Below, piece after piece: positions 13,070 through 26,029 of a DNA stretch of 64,000 bases. The notes beneath the pieces are model-generated. The model ran no database searches and was not told the origin of the DNA. It saw only the letters and a list, made by a program, of their open reading frames with translations. Position 1 is the stretch's first letter. Every line of letters begins with the position of its first letter. The stretch is from Eledone cirrhosa (Eukaryota): assembly GCA_964016885.1 (NCBI GenBank), contig OZ024740.1:31000001-31064000 (forward strand), in the 5' to 3' direction. Both the position numbers and the translations under genes were made by a program.

Positions 13070-13778
13070 GTCATCATCATCATCATCGTTTAACGTCCTT
13101 CTTCCACGCTTGCATGGGTTTGGACGGGATTTTTCCCACTTGAGGCAAGATTGGTTGTCTTGCTCGTATAGGACTGTCTGGCGGGTTTTCTACGGCTGGA
13201 TACCCTTCCTAACACCAACCACGTTTACAGCATGGACTGTGTCTTTTTTTGTCGTGACACGTAGACGACCTCATTTATTTAGGACTGGATGTTGTGGTAC
13301 CAACATAACTTTACATCGAAAGGGGATGGTGTGGATGGGGTGGGGGTAGTGGGATGGGGGTGTATTTTGGTAAGAGACACGGCCACATTACAGCGTGGAC
13401 TGTGTGTTTTTTTGTTGTGACACCTACACGACCTCATTTATTTAGGACTGAATGTTGTGGTACCAACATAACTTTATATCGAAAGGGGATGGTGTGGATG
13501 GGGTGGGGGTAGTGGGATGGGGGTGTATTTTGGTAAGAGACACGGCCACATTACAGCGTGGACTGTGTGTTTTTTGTCGTGACACCTACACGACCTCATT
13601 TATTTAGGACTGGATGTTGTGGTACCAACATAACTTTACATTGAAAGGGGGGTGCGGTAGATGGGGGGGTAGTGGGACGGGGGTGTATTTTGGTAAGAGA
13701 CACGGCCACATTACAGCGTGGACTGTGTGTTTTTTTGTCGTGACACCTACACAACATCATTTATTTAGGACTGGATGT
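13070..13778 (-). repeat. RTE-A 3'UTR fragment with ~160-bp internal tandem amplification
   Basis: The unit start cacggccacattacagcgtggactgtg recurs at about 13378, 13541 and 13701. Confidence 0.8.
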
Positions 13779-14537
13779 ATATATATATTAAGATAGAGGG
13801 GAAGAAAAAATGGCTTCACTTGTGCTTTCAACAAATTTATTTTCTTCACAAAATCCAAAAATAATTTTTCTTAAAAAAAATTATTTTATAAATTAAGTTG
13901 TTGGTTATATATAAATAGATAGCTATAGATATATATATGGTAAACATTGAGGTCCGAATAAATTAACCGATATAAAAGATACAGAAGTGAAAACCAACCA
14001 AACAGTGAGTGTGTTCTGTTATTAATTCTGGCAATATTATTACAACAATATGACCCTCCCCAAGTATAAGGATATATAGATATATATACAAATATTTATG
14101 TACATGTGTACTTGTTTACACTTAAGCATGCACACACATAAATTGCACTTCTTTACTGTTTCATTACATTCATGTCCTCATCTTTTAACTATTTTGTAGT
14201 ATGCAAGGCAGTGATAATTTCCCACTTTCAAGGAAAAGGAATGGATATGAACCAGAAATAATGGATGCATTTGCTTATGACAACAAGGCTGTAAGAACTA
14301 TATCTTTATAAGTTATCACCTACTATTTTCACAACTCTAAAATAATCTTTATATATATATATATATGTGTGTGTTGTGTGTGTGTGTGTGTGTGCATGTA
14401 TATATGTATATATGTATGTATATGTAAATATATATATGTATATATATGTATATATATATATGTATTTCATCATCATCATCATCATCGTTTAACGTCCATC
14501 TTCCACGCTTGCATGGGTGTGTATATATATATATATA

Positions 14538-15771
14538 CAGGGTGCGGACGATATTTGTTCGCAAGATTACTGTCTAGGAAAAAATAACACAGTAGTTTTA
14601 TTTTTTAAGATATATTTATCAAACTTGGGTCAGTTTGTCTTCATGACTTATTCTTTCAATCTCACTCGATAAGCCCACCATTGGCTTTGATGACGGCCTT
14701 CGTCACTGTCCCCCCAACTAAAGGCACTTGTGATCCTGGCCTTCAGATCGTCTTTCGTATTGCAGCTCGATCTCTTGGTGTCTCGTTCCACTGCACCCCA
14801 CACAAAGAAGTCGAGGGGGGTTGCAGTCAGGCGAGCTAGGAGGCCAGATGTCAGGTGAAGTGTGGTCGATGAAGTTCTCTGACAGCCAGGCTTGGGTCTT
14901 TCGGCTGGTATGGCAGGGTGCTGAGTCTTGCCGCCACACGTACGGCCTACCTGCAGCTACCTGGTCGATCCAGGGCTTTACTACCTCGCTCAGAACGCGG
15001 ATGTAGCCATCGGTGTTCAGCTTGAGGCCCTCAGGGAAGAAGTGAGGTGGCATGACGTCACCTTGATTGCTGACGACACCTAAGACCAATGTTGTCGCTG
15101 GAAACTTTGTCTGGGCACGTCTTTGAATGAGACAGCGAGCCACCTGTTGTTCTGGGTGTTGATCTTTTGGTCTTGGCAGAAGTTTTTCTCGTCAGAGAAA
15201 AACCACAGCATGTCTGGCTCCAGTGGGTATTTCAACTTGTTGATCAGCTTCTTTGCATGCTTCAGTCGCTTTTCTTGCATCGCCTTTGACAGAAATTGTC
15301 CTTTCTTCATCTTGTATGAAACGTAGGAAATGTCTTCATGTACCACCAGCCTAATGAGCTTTTCATTCACGCCTTTCTCCCTTGCAAAGGCACGCATCGA
15401 CTTGCTAGGTTCATTGTTGATGATATCCTGAACTTCAGCGACGAACTTGGTCATTCTGAAGGCGTCAGATCATCGATCATGTGTTTTCCTCTCTGATGTT
15501 GCTTCATAATCGAATCCTGAATCTTCCAATTCCTTTCTGACCTTTTCCACCATTCTCCTGCTGACACTGAGAAAGTCTGAAATTTTCTTATTTGTCCTCC
15601 TGGCACGGATTCCATAAATTTGGAGGTTCAAAATTATTCATAATCAATTATTCTGAAAATAAATAATGGAAATATAGTCACTGTTTTTATGAAGACAAGA
15701 CTGACAACGGAAGTAAAAAAAATTGGCATAAAATTAGCAGTTGAAAATTGCGAACAAATATCGTCCACACC

Positions 15772-15774
<3 letters not shown>
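14538..15774 (-). mobile_element. Tc1/mariner DNA transposon, DD37D (maT) family, frameshifted transposase
   Basis: TIRs CAGGGTGCGGACGATATTTGTTCGCAA / TTGCGAACAAATATCGTCCACACCCTG flanked by TA. Motifs FSDEK, RQDSAPCH, WPPSSPDCNP[L]D. After removing one C from a homopolymer, 37 residues separate the second and third Asp. Confidence 0.92.
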
Positions 15775-15829
<55 letters not shown>

Positions 15830-15972
15830 AGTATATGTTGGTTGTGTACCAACACCCCAGTATACAGATTGGAGCACTCGACGAAGTGAGCAGGTTGGTT
15901 TGGTTACTCCGGAGTAATGTAAAATAAAATGAAATAAATAAGTCAAATGTTTAAAATTTGGCTTCGTTTATT

Positions 15973-16027
15973 ACTGCTATATATATTTCGGTGGCAGCCA
16001 TCTTTGGCTGTGACCTCTTCAGGCAGT
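15973..16027 (-). ncRNA. Type I hammerhead ribozyme (left arm of fold-back)
   Basis: Exact reverse complement of 16179-16233. Confidence 0.85.
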
Positions 16028-16178
16028 CCGAATTAGTGTGGTAGAGAACTGGAATCATATGATATGATTCCAGTTCCTCAATGAAACAACAACCCAACCA
16101 GGAATTGGGCATATCAGAGTATTGACAAAGTTATACACCTCAACAACATGTGTACTCGTCTCTACCACACTAATTTGG

Positions 16179-16233
16179 ACTGCCTGAAGAGGTCACAGCC
16201 AAAGATGGCTGCCACCGAAATATATATAGCAGT
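16179..16233 (+). ncRNA. Type I hammerhead ribozyme (right arm of fold-back)
   Basis: actgc-CTGAAGA-ggt-ca-cagcca-aaga-tggctg-cc-acc-GAAA-tatata-TA-gcagt. Perfect 5-bp stem I, G10.1-C11.1 stem II, palindromic stem III, AUA triplet. AATAAA follows immediately. Confidence 0.85.
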
Positions 16234-16289
16234 AATAAACGAAGCCAAATTTTAAACATTTGACTTATTTATTTTATTTTATTTTATTT

Positions 16290-16320
<31 letters not shown>

Positions 16321-16678
16321 ATATATATATATGTACGGCCGAAACTCAAGTCCGGGAACTATTACAGGCACCCGTTTTACGTGTGTTGTATTGAAGCGAA
16401 TAACTATGTGTATACTCTGGGAATGTATCTTACATTGCCCATGGGGTACGCTGAGATACAACCGGTCCTGGCATTGATAAATATGCTGGGTCCGTCAACT
16501 CCTTATTATGTATATATATATATGTATATATATTTAGTTAGTCTAATTAAATAGCTCTGTTCTATACATATAGCACTCATTTTTCCTTTGCTTGTCCTTC
16601 GGAATTACCTAACACATATGTATATATATATACATACATATATATATATATAAATACATATATATGTACATATATATG

Positions 16679-16733
<55 letters not shown>

Positions 16734-16737
<4 letters not shown>

Positions 16738-17330
16738 TCATCATCATCATCTTCATTTAACGTCCATTTTCCACGCTAGCATGGGTTAGACGGGAGCTGT
16801 CCCACTTGAGGCAAAGTTGGTCGGGTGACCGTGTCTCGCTCATATAGGACTATCTGGCAGGTTTTCTATGGCTGGATGCCCTTCCTAACACCAACCACAT
16901 TTACAGTGTGGGGCTGGGAGGTTTTTACCGTGTTACCTACACGGCCACATTACAGCGTGGACTGCGTTTTTTTTCTGGTGACACCTACACGATCTCGATC
17001 TCATTTATCTCATTTATTTGGACTGGATGTTGTGGTACCAACTTTATAGAGAGAGGGTGGTGTTGGTGGGAGTGTGAGGATAGGGTAAGGGTAGTGGATT
17101 GGGGTGTATATTTGGTTAAGAGGTGCCTACTGACTGTAGGTTTCGCTTTGTACATAGGCAAGGTGGGTCTTCTGTATTACTGCGTAGTGCCAAAGATCTC
17201 GGTCCAGTGACATTGTCTTAGAGAGGTGCAAGTGTGTAAGGTCAGAATTTATCAGATCGTCCCAGGTTTTTCTGGGTCTACCTACTCCGTAGCTACCATC
17301 AATTTTGATCACCCTGCACTTTTTTATACA
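16734..17330 (-). mobile_element. RTE family A 3' fragment
   Basis: Encodes CIKKCRVIKIDG...GRPRKTWDD and carries the family 3'UTR and (ATG)n tail. Confidence 0.85.
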
Positions 17331-17359
17331 GATATATATATATGTATATATATAAGACT

Positions 17360-17399
<40 letters not shown>

Positions 17400-17427
17400 A
17401 GATATATATATATATATATATATATAA

Positions 17428-19868
17428 ATAAGACTTGTCCTCAATAGAACTACTGTGACAATAATATCTGCATATGCACCACAATCCGGACTGCCTGGCG
17501 ATATAAAAGACAGATTCTATGAGACGTTAATGCTCACTACCTCCCAAATAACCGACAGTGACTACATAGTTATCGCTGGTGACCTAAATGGTCACGTTGG
17601 ACAACATTGTGACAGCTATGATGGAATCGATGGAGGCTATGGGTTTGGTACTAGAAATGAGGAAGGCTCCAGAATCCTGGAATTCTGTGACACAAATAAC
17701 CTAACTATCTGTAACACTAACTTCAAAAAACGAGACAATCACTTGATCACCTATAGATCAGGGGAACACACCAGTCAGATAGATTATATCCTTACCAGAA
17801 GACGTGATAGAGTGTCTGTTGTAAACACTAAATCCCTCCCCCATGAAGTATGCACCTCCCAACATAGACTCATAATTAGCGACCTCATAGTCAGGACGAG
17901 ATGTACTCGACAACAGAGGAGGACTATCCTCAGGAGAAAAATATGGAAGTTAAAGGACCCCACAGCCAGTAATAAATTTAAAAGCATATTACTTGATGCT
18001 TTTGATAGTAAGGAAGAGGAATTAGAGTCGTACAATATAGAGGAACAGTGGAAATTCCTGAAAGCTAACCTGCTGAAGGCGACAGATGAAACCTGCTGTG
18101 GCTGGAGCAGACCTATAGGCAGGAGGAGAGTAACTTGGTGGTGGAACAGTAAGGTGGAGGGGTCAATCAAGGCTAAAGAGCAGGCTTGGAAAGCATGGCA
18201 GGATGGGGGAAGTAGAGAAGACTATCAAGTGGCCAGGAGGGAAGCTAGGAGACAAGTGTACTTCGCAAGAAGGGAAGCAGAGGAAAGAAAGTTCAAGCAT
18301 GTTCTACAACGCGAGGACCAAAAACGTGAGGTGTTCAGGATTGCTAGGCAATGTGTCAAGGAAAACCATGATATTGTCGGGGAGAAGTGTGTCCTTAATG
18401 ATGATGGTGTACTTGCCATCACTAACGCTGATAAGAAGGTAGCTTGGAAGTGTCACTACGAAAGGCTACTAAATCAGGAGAATAATTGGGAGTAAGACAG
18501 TCTCCCCCACATCGATCCAATAGAGGGACCAGCAGTGCAAGTTGAAGGTAATATGATATGGTCACCCGGATAGTAAACCAAGTCATACAGAATAGGGTCG
18601 TTCCGAAGGACTGGCCCAGCATCATCATCATTAACTGCTACAAGGGTAAAGGAGATGCCCTAGATATGGGAAACTATAGAGGCATTAAATTAATTGACCA
18701 GGTCATGAAGGTCACAGAAAAAGTAATAGCGCAACTAATCAGAGAGCGAATCGATCTAGACGAAATGCAGTTCGGTTTTGTGTCAAGTAAAAGTACAACA
18801 GACGCTCGTTTCAGAGTACCCCGCTCGATTATCTGGTGGGCCCTTAGAAAACTAGGTGTTGATGAATGGCTTGTGAGAGCTATACAAGCCATGTATAAAG
18901 AAACAGTCAGCAAGGTTAGAATTAACAACGAATATAGTGAAGAGTTTAGCGTAAAAGTTGGTGTTCATCAGGGCTCCGTCCTTAGTCCCCTACTATTTAT
19001 TATTGCCCTTCAGGCTATAACAGAGGAGTTCAAGACCGGCTTCCCATGGGAACTTCTATACGCAGATGATCTAACGCTCATAGCTGAATCAATGGCTGAA
19101 CTAGAAAAGAAATTCCAAACATGGAAGCATGGCCTAGAATCAATAGGCCTTAAAGTTAACCTGTCTAAGACTAAAGTTCTAGTTTGTAGGAAGGAAAATA
19201 GGGCACTGGTCCCATCTGGGAAATGGCCATGCTCAGTGTGTAGGAATGGAGTAGGCAGAAACTCCATTTTATGTCCCAAATGCAAAGTATGGGTGCATAA
19301 AAGATGTAGTGGGATCACAGGTAAGCTAACTAAGAATATAGAGTTTATATGTGGCCGGTGCTCAGGTGCAATAAGTAGCAGCAAGTGCCCACAGAATACT
19401 AGCTCATTCCATTGCACAGATGGTTCTATAGAAATAGTGGACACCTTCCGTTACCTGGGTGACAAAATCAGCAGTGGTGGAGGGTGCTCTGAAAGTACAG
19501 TAGCTAGAGTCAGAACAGGATGGAAAAAGTTCGGAGAGCTTATATCACTATTGGCCGCTAAAGGGTTCTCTCTAAAAATGAAAGGCAGGCTGTATGATGC
19601 CTGCATACGAACAGCAATGTTACATGGCAGTTAGACCTGGGCATTGTGTGCAGAGGATATACGCAGACTGGAGAGGAACGAAGCTTGCATGCTCCATTGG
19701 ATGTGTAATAGTAATATACGTGAACGGCAAAGCATAAATGAACTAAGGGAGAAATTAGGTGGAGATGACGAAGGACCGTGACGAGTGGAGAGATGCTGTG
19801 CTGAATAAGACCCGTCCCACCCTTGCAAGCAGGGAAAAGCGGACGTAAAATGATGATGATGGTGATGA

Positions 19869-19870
<2 letters not shown>
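17428..19870 (+). mobile_element. 5'-truncated RTE family A LINE with internal deletions, ending in an RTE family B 3' end
   Basis: ORF 17455-18495 (APE: SAYAPQ, GDLNGH, QIDY) and ORF 18558-19634 (RT: NYRGIKL, GVHQGSVLSP, YADD). From about 19758 the sequence matches the reverse complement of 22197-22304. Confidence 0.9.
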
Positions 19871-19914
<44 letters not shown>

Positions 19915-20124
19915 CATCATCATCAGGAGAAGAGATCCTGAGCTCTTTAAAATACAATATGTTGAAAAGGTAACACACTAGAGAGAGATATACAGTGCGT
20001 TATCAATAACACAGGGAAAAAAACCACCAGTGTATGGAATCTATAACCTATGAAAGGCAGACTATAGACACGATAATTAAAAATATAAATTAAAGCGGTA
20101 ATAAATACCTCTATAACTATATAA

Positions 20125-20202
20125 CACACGTACAAATCCAAAGATATGTTTCACCAAAAGTTTGTTGAAAGAAATGGGTTAGTCTCGGTTCATCAGCGTG
20201 TG
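20125..20202 (-). ncRNA. Type I hammerhead ribozyme with three complete helices
   Basis: Minus strand reads cacacg-CTGATGA-accgaga-(loop)-ttttggt-GAAA-catatc-tttg-gatttg-TA-cgtgtg. Perfect 6-bp stem I, 7-bp stem II, 7-position stem III with one U.U mismatch, GUA triplet. Confidence 0.85.
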
Positions 20203-20466
20203 TAAGGCTATACATTTCAGACAACACTAAGAGAATTTTAAAATTGACTGTCCAGCTACACGTGGGAGAGAGAAGTCACAGCGTGTTTAAGGGCAGTGAA
20301 CCAGTGGCCTCTGAGGGACGAACTGCTAGAAAGGGTAGCCCAATACCACTCAGTGAAGTGTGCTCAACCAAACAGAGGTAGGAAAGACTGTTATTAGGAG
20401 CGAAATATCACGATAAATTAACGGAGGCATGGCCATCGCTATTCCCTGTAAATAATGTCCTCAAAG

Positions 20467-20493
20467 GTATATATATATACTTACATGCAGTAA

Positions 20494-20535
<42 letters not shown>

Positions 20536-20575
20536 ATGTATTTATGTATATATATATATACTTACATGCAGTAAG

Positions 20576-20614
<39 letters not shown>

Positions 20615-20765
20615 GTATGTATATATATATATATACTTACATGCAGTAAGTATATACATATATATATATATATACTTACATGCAGTAAGTATATATATAT
20701 ATATATATACTTACATGCAGTAAGTATATACATATATATATATATATATACTTACATGCAGTAAG

Positions 20766-20804
<39 letters not shown>

Positions 20805-20917
20805 GTATGTATATATATATATACTTACATGCAGTAAGTATATACATATATATATATATATACTTACATGCAGTAAGTATATACATATATATATATATAT
20901 ATACTTACATGCAGTAA

Positions 20918-20963
<46 letters not shown>

Positions 20964-21117
20964 GTATGTATATATATATATACTTACATGCAGTAAGTAT
21001 ATACATATATATATATATATACTTACATGCAGTAAGTATATACATATATATATATATATATACTTACATGCAGTAAGTATATACATATATATATATATAT
21101 ATACTTACATGCAGTAA

Positions 21118-21163
<46 letters not shown>

Positions 21164-21241
21164 GTATGTATATATATATATACTTACATGCAGTAAGTAT
21201 ATACATATATATATATATATACTTACATGCAGTAAGTATAT
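20467..21241. repeat. Array of ~15 quasi-palindromic units TACTTAC-ATGCA-GTAAGTA separated by variable (TA)n/(TATG)n
   Basis: Direct reading: invariant core with microsatellite spacers that recur in higher-order blocks. Confidence 0.9.
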
Positions 21242-22196
21242 TTGCATAGGGGAATATGCAGCTCTTTTTGACATTTCGCAGTCTTCAAAATTAAAAAAAT
21301 CAGCAAATATAAACAAAATTTCCATGAGAAGCAGAGGTGATGTGCACCTGACTGGTAGGAGCACTGAGATACAACTGCGTGACCTGGGTTGACTGTGGGT
21401 TGTTTCAGGTCAAATTTGGCACCAAACTCAAGCTTTGGTGTGCACACAACATTCTGGAAAAAATGTTCGGTTTTTTTAGCTTTTTGATTTTCAGAATTTT
21501 GGATTGTGAACCTGTTATCTCTTTACATTCTCTAAATGGTTTTAAAAAATAATTCTGATATTTTCTCCAATTGAAGATTGAATATGATGAAATCCAGAGC
21601 AGAGAGTGCATCTATAACCAAAATGACTTCAAACCAAGCTTGAAGCATATTGACCCCACAAAAGATGTAAGTAAATAAGACCGTTGATTGCCTTAACTCA
21701 TAAATAAAACACTCAGAAAATACTGTAAACATGCCACTGATCTGCATTCATAAATCCTGCAAAACCAACCCTTGACACACATCCCCACCAAATAAGGAAG
21801 ACAGGCATTATCTAGCTGCAGCTGTCATATTAGGTAGTTTCTATATAATTGTTTCTACTTTAGGCACAAGGCCAGCAATTACCCAGTGCATTACTGGTAC
21901 TTTATTTTATAGACCCCGTAAGGATGAAAGGCAAAGTCAACCTCAGCGGGATTTGAACTCACTATTATTATCTGCAATGACTCCAACCCCATTATGTAAT
22001 AGGCCATGCTCCAAATTCTCCTATTGCCCATCAACTATAAACTCCCCCAAACTAACCACTGGTTTTATGCCAGAAATAATAACAGAACACACTCACTGTT
22101 TGGTTGGTTTTCACTTCTGTATCTTTTATATCTCCATAGTTAATTTATTTGGCAATCAGTGTTTATCATTGATTGATCAACGGTTAAAAATACAGA

Positions 22197-23683
22197 TCAT
22201 CATCATCATCATTTTACATCCGCTTTTCCCTGCTTGCAAGGGTGGGACGGGTCTTATTCAGCACAGCATCTCTCCACTCGTCACGGTCCCTCGTCATCTC
22301 CACCGTGAGCTTCAATGATCTGAGGTCTGTTCTCACCACCTCCGCCCATGTTTTTCGTGGTCTACCTCTACCACGTCTTCCTTCAACTGGCAATTCCTGG
22401 CACTTCTTCACCCATCGGTCATCCTCCATGTGCATCACATGTCCATACCACCTCAGTCTCCTCTCCCGTACACTACAATCTATCCCTCTCAGACACAGTT
22501 TCTCTCTCAACACATTTATGCTGGGTCGTTCACGCACATTTACACTGCACATCCAACGGAGCATGCTTGCCTCATTTCTCTCCAGCCGTCGCATACCCTC
22601 TGCAGTTGCTGCCCATGTCTCACTACCATGCAGCATCGCACTCCTCACACAGGCATCATACAACCGGCCTTTCATACGCAGGGAGAAACCCTTCTTCGTC
22701 AACAGAGGAAGCAGCTCCCTAAACTTCTTCCAACCCGTCCTTATTCTAGATACTATGGCCTCGGAACACCCTCCTCCCATGCTAATCTGATCTCCTAGGT
22801 ACCGGAAGCTATCCACCACTTCTATAGCGCCCTCTTCCATTTGAAAAATGTGTCTATCAGTGCGACTTCTACTGTCTAATTTCCCTGTACATCTACTGCA
22901 TACATATTTCTCCCTACTTGTTAGTTTGCCTGCTATCCCGCTACATCTCTTGTGTACCCAGGATCTGCATTGTGTGCATTTTATAGAATTTATGCCAGTT
23001 CCTTTTCTGCATATCGAACATGGCCATTTCCCTGACGGAATCAGGGTTTTGTCCTCTTTTCTACTCATCAACACTTTTGTCTTAGCTAGGTTCACTCTCA
23101 GTCCTCTTGCTTCCAACTGCTGTTTCCATAGCCAGAATTTATTCTCTAGCTCCTCTACTGATTCTGCTATAAGAACCAGATCGTCAGCATAGAGAAGTTC
23201 CCATGGACAGCCAGTCTTAAACTCCTCTGTTATGGCTTGGAGGACTATAATGAACAAGAGCGGGCTGAGGACCGAACCCTGATGTACTCCTACTTGTATC
23301 TGGAATTCCTCACTAAACTCCATTCCTACCCTGACTTTACTGAGAGTACCTCTGTACAAAGTTTGCACTGTCCTCACAAGCCATTCCTCAACTAGCTTCC
23401 TTAGGGACCACCAGATGACAGATCGGGGTACCCTATCAAAGGCCTTCTCTAGGTCAACAAAGGCTAAGTATAGTGGCTTATTCTTCTCTAAGAACCTCTC
23501 TTGCAATTGTCTCACCAAGAAGAGGGCTTCTGTTGTACTCTTCCCAGGCACAAAACCAAACTGCATCTCATCTAGTTTGACCCTTTCTCTAATTAGTTGT
23601 GCTAAAATCCTTTCTGCCACTTTCATAACCTGATCTATCAGTTTTATAACCCTATAATTGCTCCTCTCCAAAGCATCCCCTTT
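22197..23683 (-). mobile_element. 5'-truncated RTE family B LINE with uninterrupted RT ORF (22214-23671)
   Basis: 485-aa open frame with NYRVIKL, FVDLEKAFD, QGSVLSP, YADD, CSIC...CTQC...HKRC, YLG and GRPRKTW. The ORF runs directly into the (ATG)n tail. Confidence 0.92.
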
Positions 23684-23703
23684 ATAAATATATATATATA
23701 GTC

Positions 23704-23747
23704 TATCAAAGTTCTTTCATCACACATCTGTGACATCATCAGTGGTA
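23704..23747 (-). ncRNA. Minimal hammerhead-like motif
   Basis: Minus strand reads tacca-CTGATGA-tg-tcaca-gatg-tgtga-t-GAAA-gaac-TT-tgata. A related degenerate copy lies at 41921-41963. Confidence 0.6.
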
Positions 23748-25285
23748 CTATTATTATGTTCCCTCCTATTGTGTTGTAATGTTTACACCATCTTTATTTT
23801 ATTAATAAAATAAAAATTTTAGATATGTTTCAAAAATAAAATTTATATATCTTTTTTACCTCTCTACTAATTTTTTTGTCCTTTTTTTTTCAGTATTCCA
23901 TAGCAAGACCTAAACTTGGGTCAAACCCAGTTTTAATTGATCACGCGGTAAGATATACAAACCACAACTTTTAGTTAATTTTACTGCAGATATAGCAATC
24001 TATGTTGTTACCCACAAATGCAGCTGGTATCTCCAAAGGTGCAGTAACAATATGCTTGCCATATCCTATATTCTCTCTCTTTATATCTGACACACCCAAC
24101 TATCACTGATAGTTATCACATTACACAGGTTATAGCTTATTACGACATTTCAGTGGAAAATGCTACAAAACATAATACATTAAACGATGGTGATGGTGGT
24201 AGTGGTGCTGATTGACAGTATTAGTAGAGCATTGGACAACAATCTTTGCGGCATAGAGTTACGGCCCTTTACCTTCTGAGTTGTAATCCCGCCAAGGTTA
24301 GCTTTGCCTTTCATCCTTACAGGGTGAATAAAATAAAGTACCAGTAACAAACTGGGGTCGATTCAATCAACTTCCCCTCCCACAAAATTGTTGGCTTGGT
24401 GCCTTCGGGGATTTTCTGCTAGCATGTGTAGTGTACATATTGATATTATATGCAAGTATATATACATGTAGATATGATACGTCAAATAACATCGTAATTG
24501 ACAATATACACAGAAATTGAAGAGAGTCTGTGTTACACTGTCTTATGTAATCAATAAAGTGATCTATGATTCATTTAAAAAAGACGATATTATAAATAAA
24601 CTGCATTACAGCAAAATTTTATTAAAACGAAAAAGAAGAAAATTAGCGACAGAAATATAAAACTTATATAACGATACAAATATATAAACATTTACATAAG
24701 TGTTATGATATAAAGGATGCTAACCGGAAGTGTTGACATTTGAAAATTTTAAAGAAGTGAATGTTAAAATAACCAATACTTGATATATAAGAATCTTTAT
24801 GTTTAATGAAGGGCTACAAAATTTAGTAGATAAATTACATAATATTCATTCATTATTTATTCAAAGTAATCCAACTTATTTTACTAACGGGATAAAAAAA
24901 TATTCAAATCTTGCCGAGGTTAGCTTTACCGTTCATCCTTACAGGGTCGATAAAATAAAGTACCAGTAATGCACTGGGGTCGATTTAATCAACTTTCTCC
25001 TCCACCAAAATTGCTGGTCTTGTGCCTATAGTAGAAACAATTATTATATTTTCCTTTGATTTCGCTTTATGTGCAATAACTACCAAGTATCAACCAGATA
25101 TGTAGAGCAAGCATCATTGGTTATCACAGTTTTCAATCGTTTTTTGCCTTCCTCCTTTCTATATTGTTCTATCATATCCTATATTCATTTAAGTCACATC
25201 ACAAAAGTTAATAGGTAAATAAGTTTTTTTTAAATTGAGAAAATAAATATAAAAAGGTAGGAGTAGGTGAAGATGAAAATAAGTA

Positions 25286-25748
25286 TTAACCCTTTAGCAT
25301 TTATATTACTCTCTATTTACTATTGCATTTTCACGGTGAACACTTTATCTCATAATTATCTCACATAATATCAAATCTACAAGATTTTGCTATTATTTAT
25401 TTTGAGAATAATGCCTTAACATAAGTATGAGTAGCCAGTTATGGCTGGTTTGAACAGAAAGAGGTGAGAGAATTCTGGCCGGATATGGCCAGTTTAAATG
25501 CTAAAGGGTTAAGGAGTATAAAAGATAAGAATTAATTTTGCATTAACCCTTCAGTATTTAAACCGGCCATATCCAGTCAGAATTCTCTCATCTCTTTCTG
25601 TTCAAACTGGCTGTAACTAACTGCTCATACTTATGTTAAGGTATTGTTCTCAAAATAAATAATATAAAAATCTTATAGTTTTATATTATGTGAGATAAAG
25701 ATTTTACTGTGAAAATATAATAGAGTAATGTAAATGCTAAAGGGTTAA
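25286..25748. mobile_element. Two inverted copies of a ~220-bp piggyBac-type MITE (25286-25512 and 25543-25748)
   Basis: TTAA-CCCTTTAGCATTTA ... TAAATGCTAAAGGG-TTAA termini. TTAA target and CCC/GGG ends are typical of piggyBac. Confidence 0.8.
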
Positions 25749-26029
25749 AGATATTAGAATGGTAATAAATATCTATTAAATTTACTATAAAAATTAAACA
25801 GAAAAGATTGTTGACATACTACAAAGACAAAAATTCACAAAGTATGTGAGAGGTACTTGTTAGAACTATCTTTTGGATTTGACACACACACACACCTCAT
25901 CCCGACCACACCCACTGCTGCCACCATCATCATCATCATCATTTAAAACTTCCTTTGAATTATGCTTCTTTCCAATATCTTGCCAAGTGTCAACCGGACA
26001 CCTGAGGCAAAATTTGGCAATACACACAT

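Noticed and set aside
20467-21241. CRISPR-like repeat-spacer pattern
   Set aside because: Spacers are only TA/TATG microsatellite and repeat in blocks.
22242-23633. Plus-strand ORFs overlapping the RTE RT (similar cases at 2402-4066 and 27340-29393)
   Set aside because: Antisense shadows of LINE coding sequence with no independent motifs.
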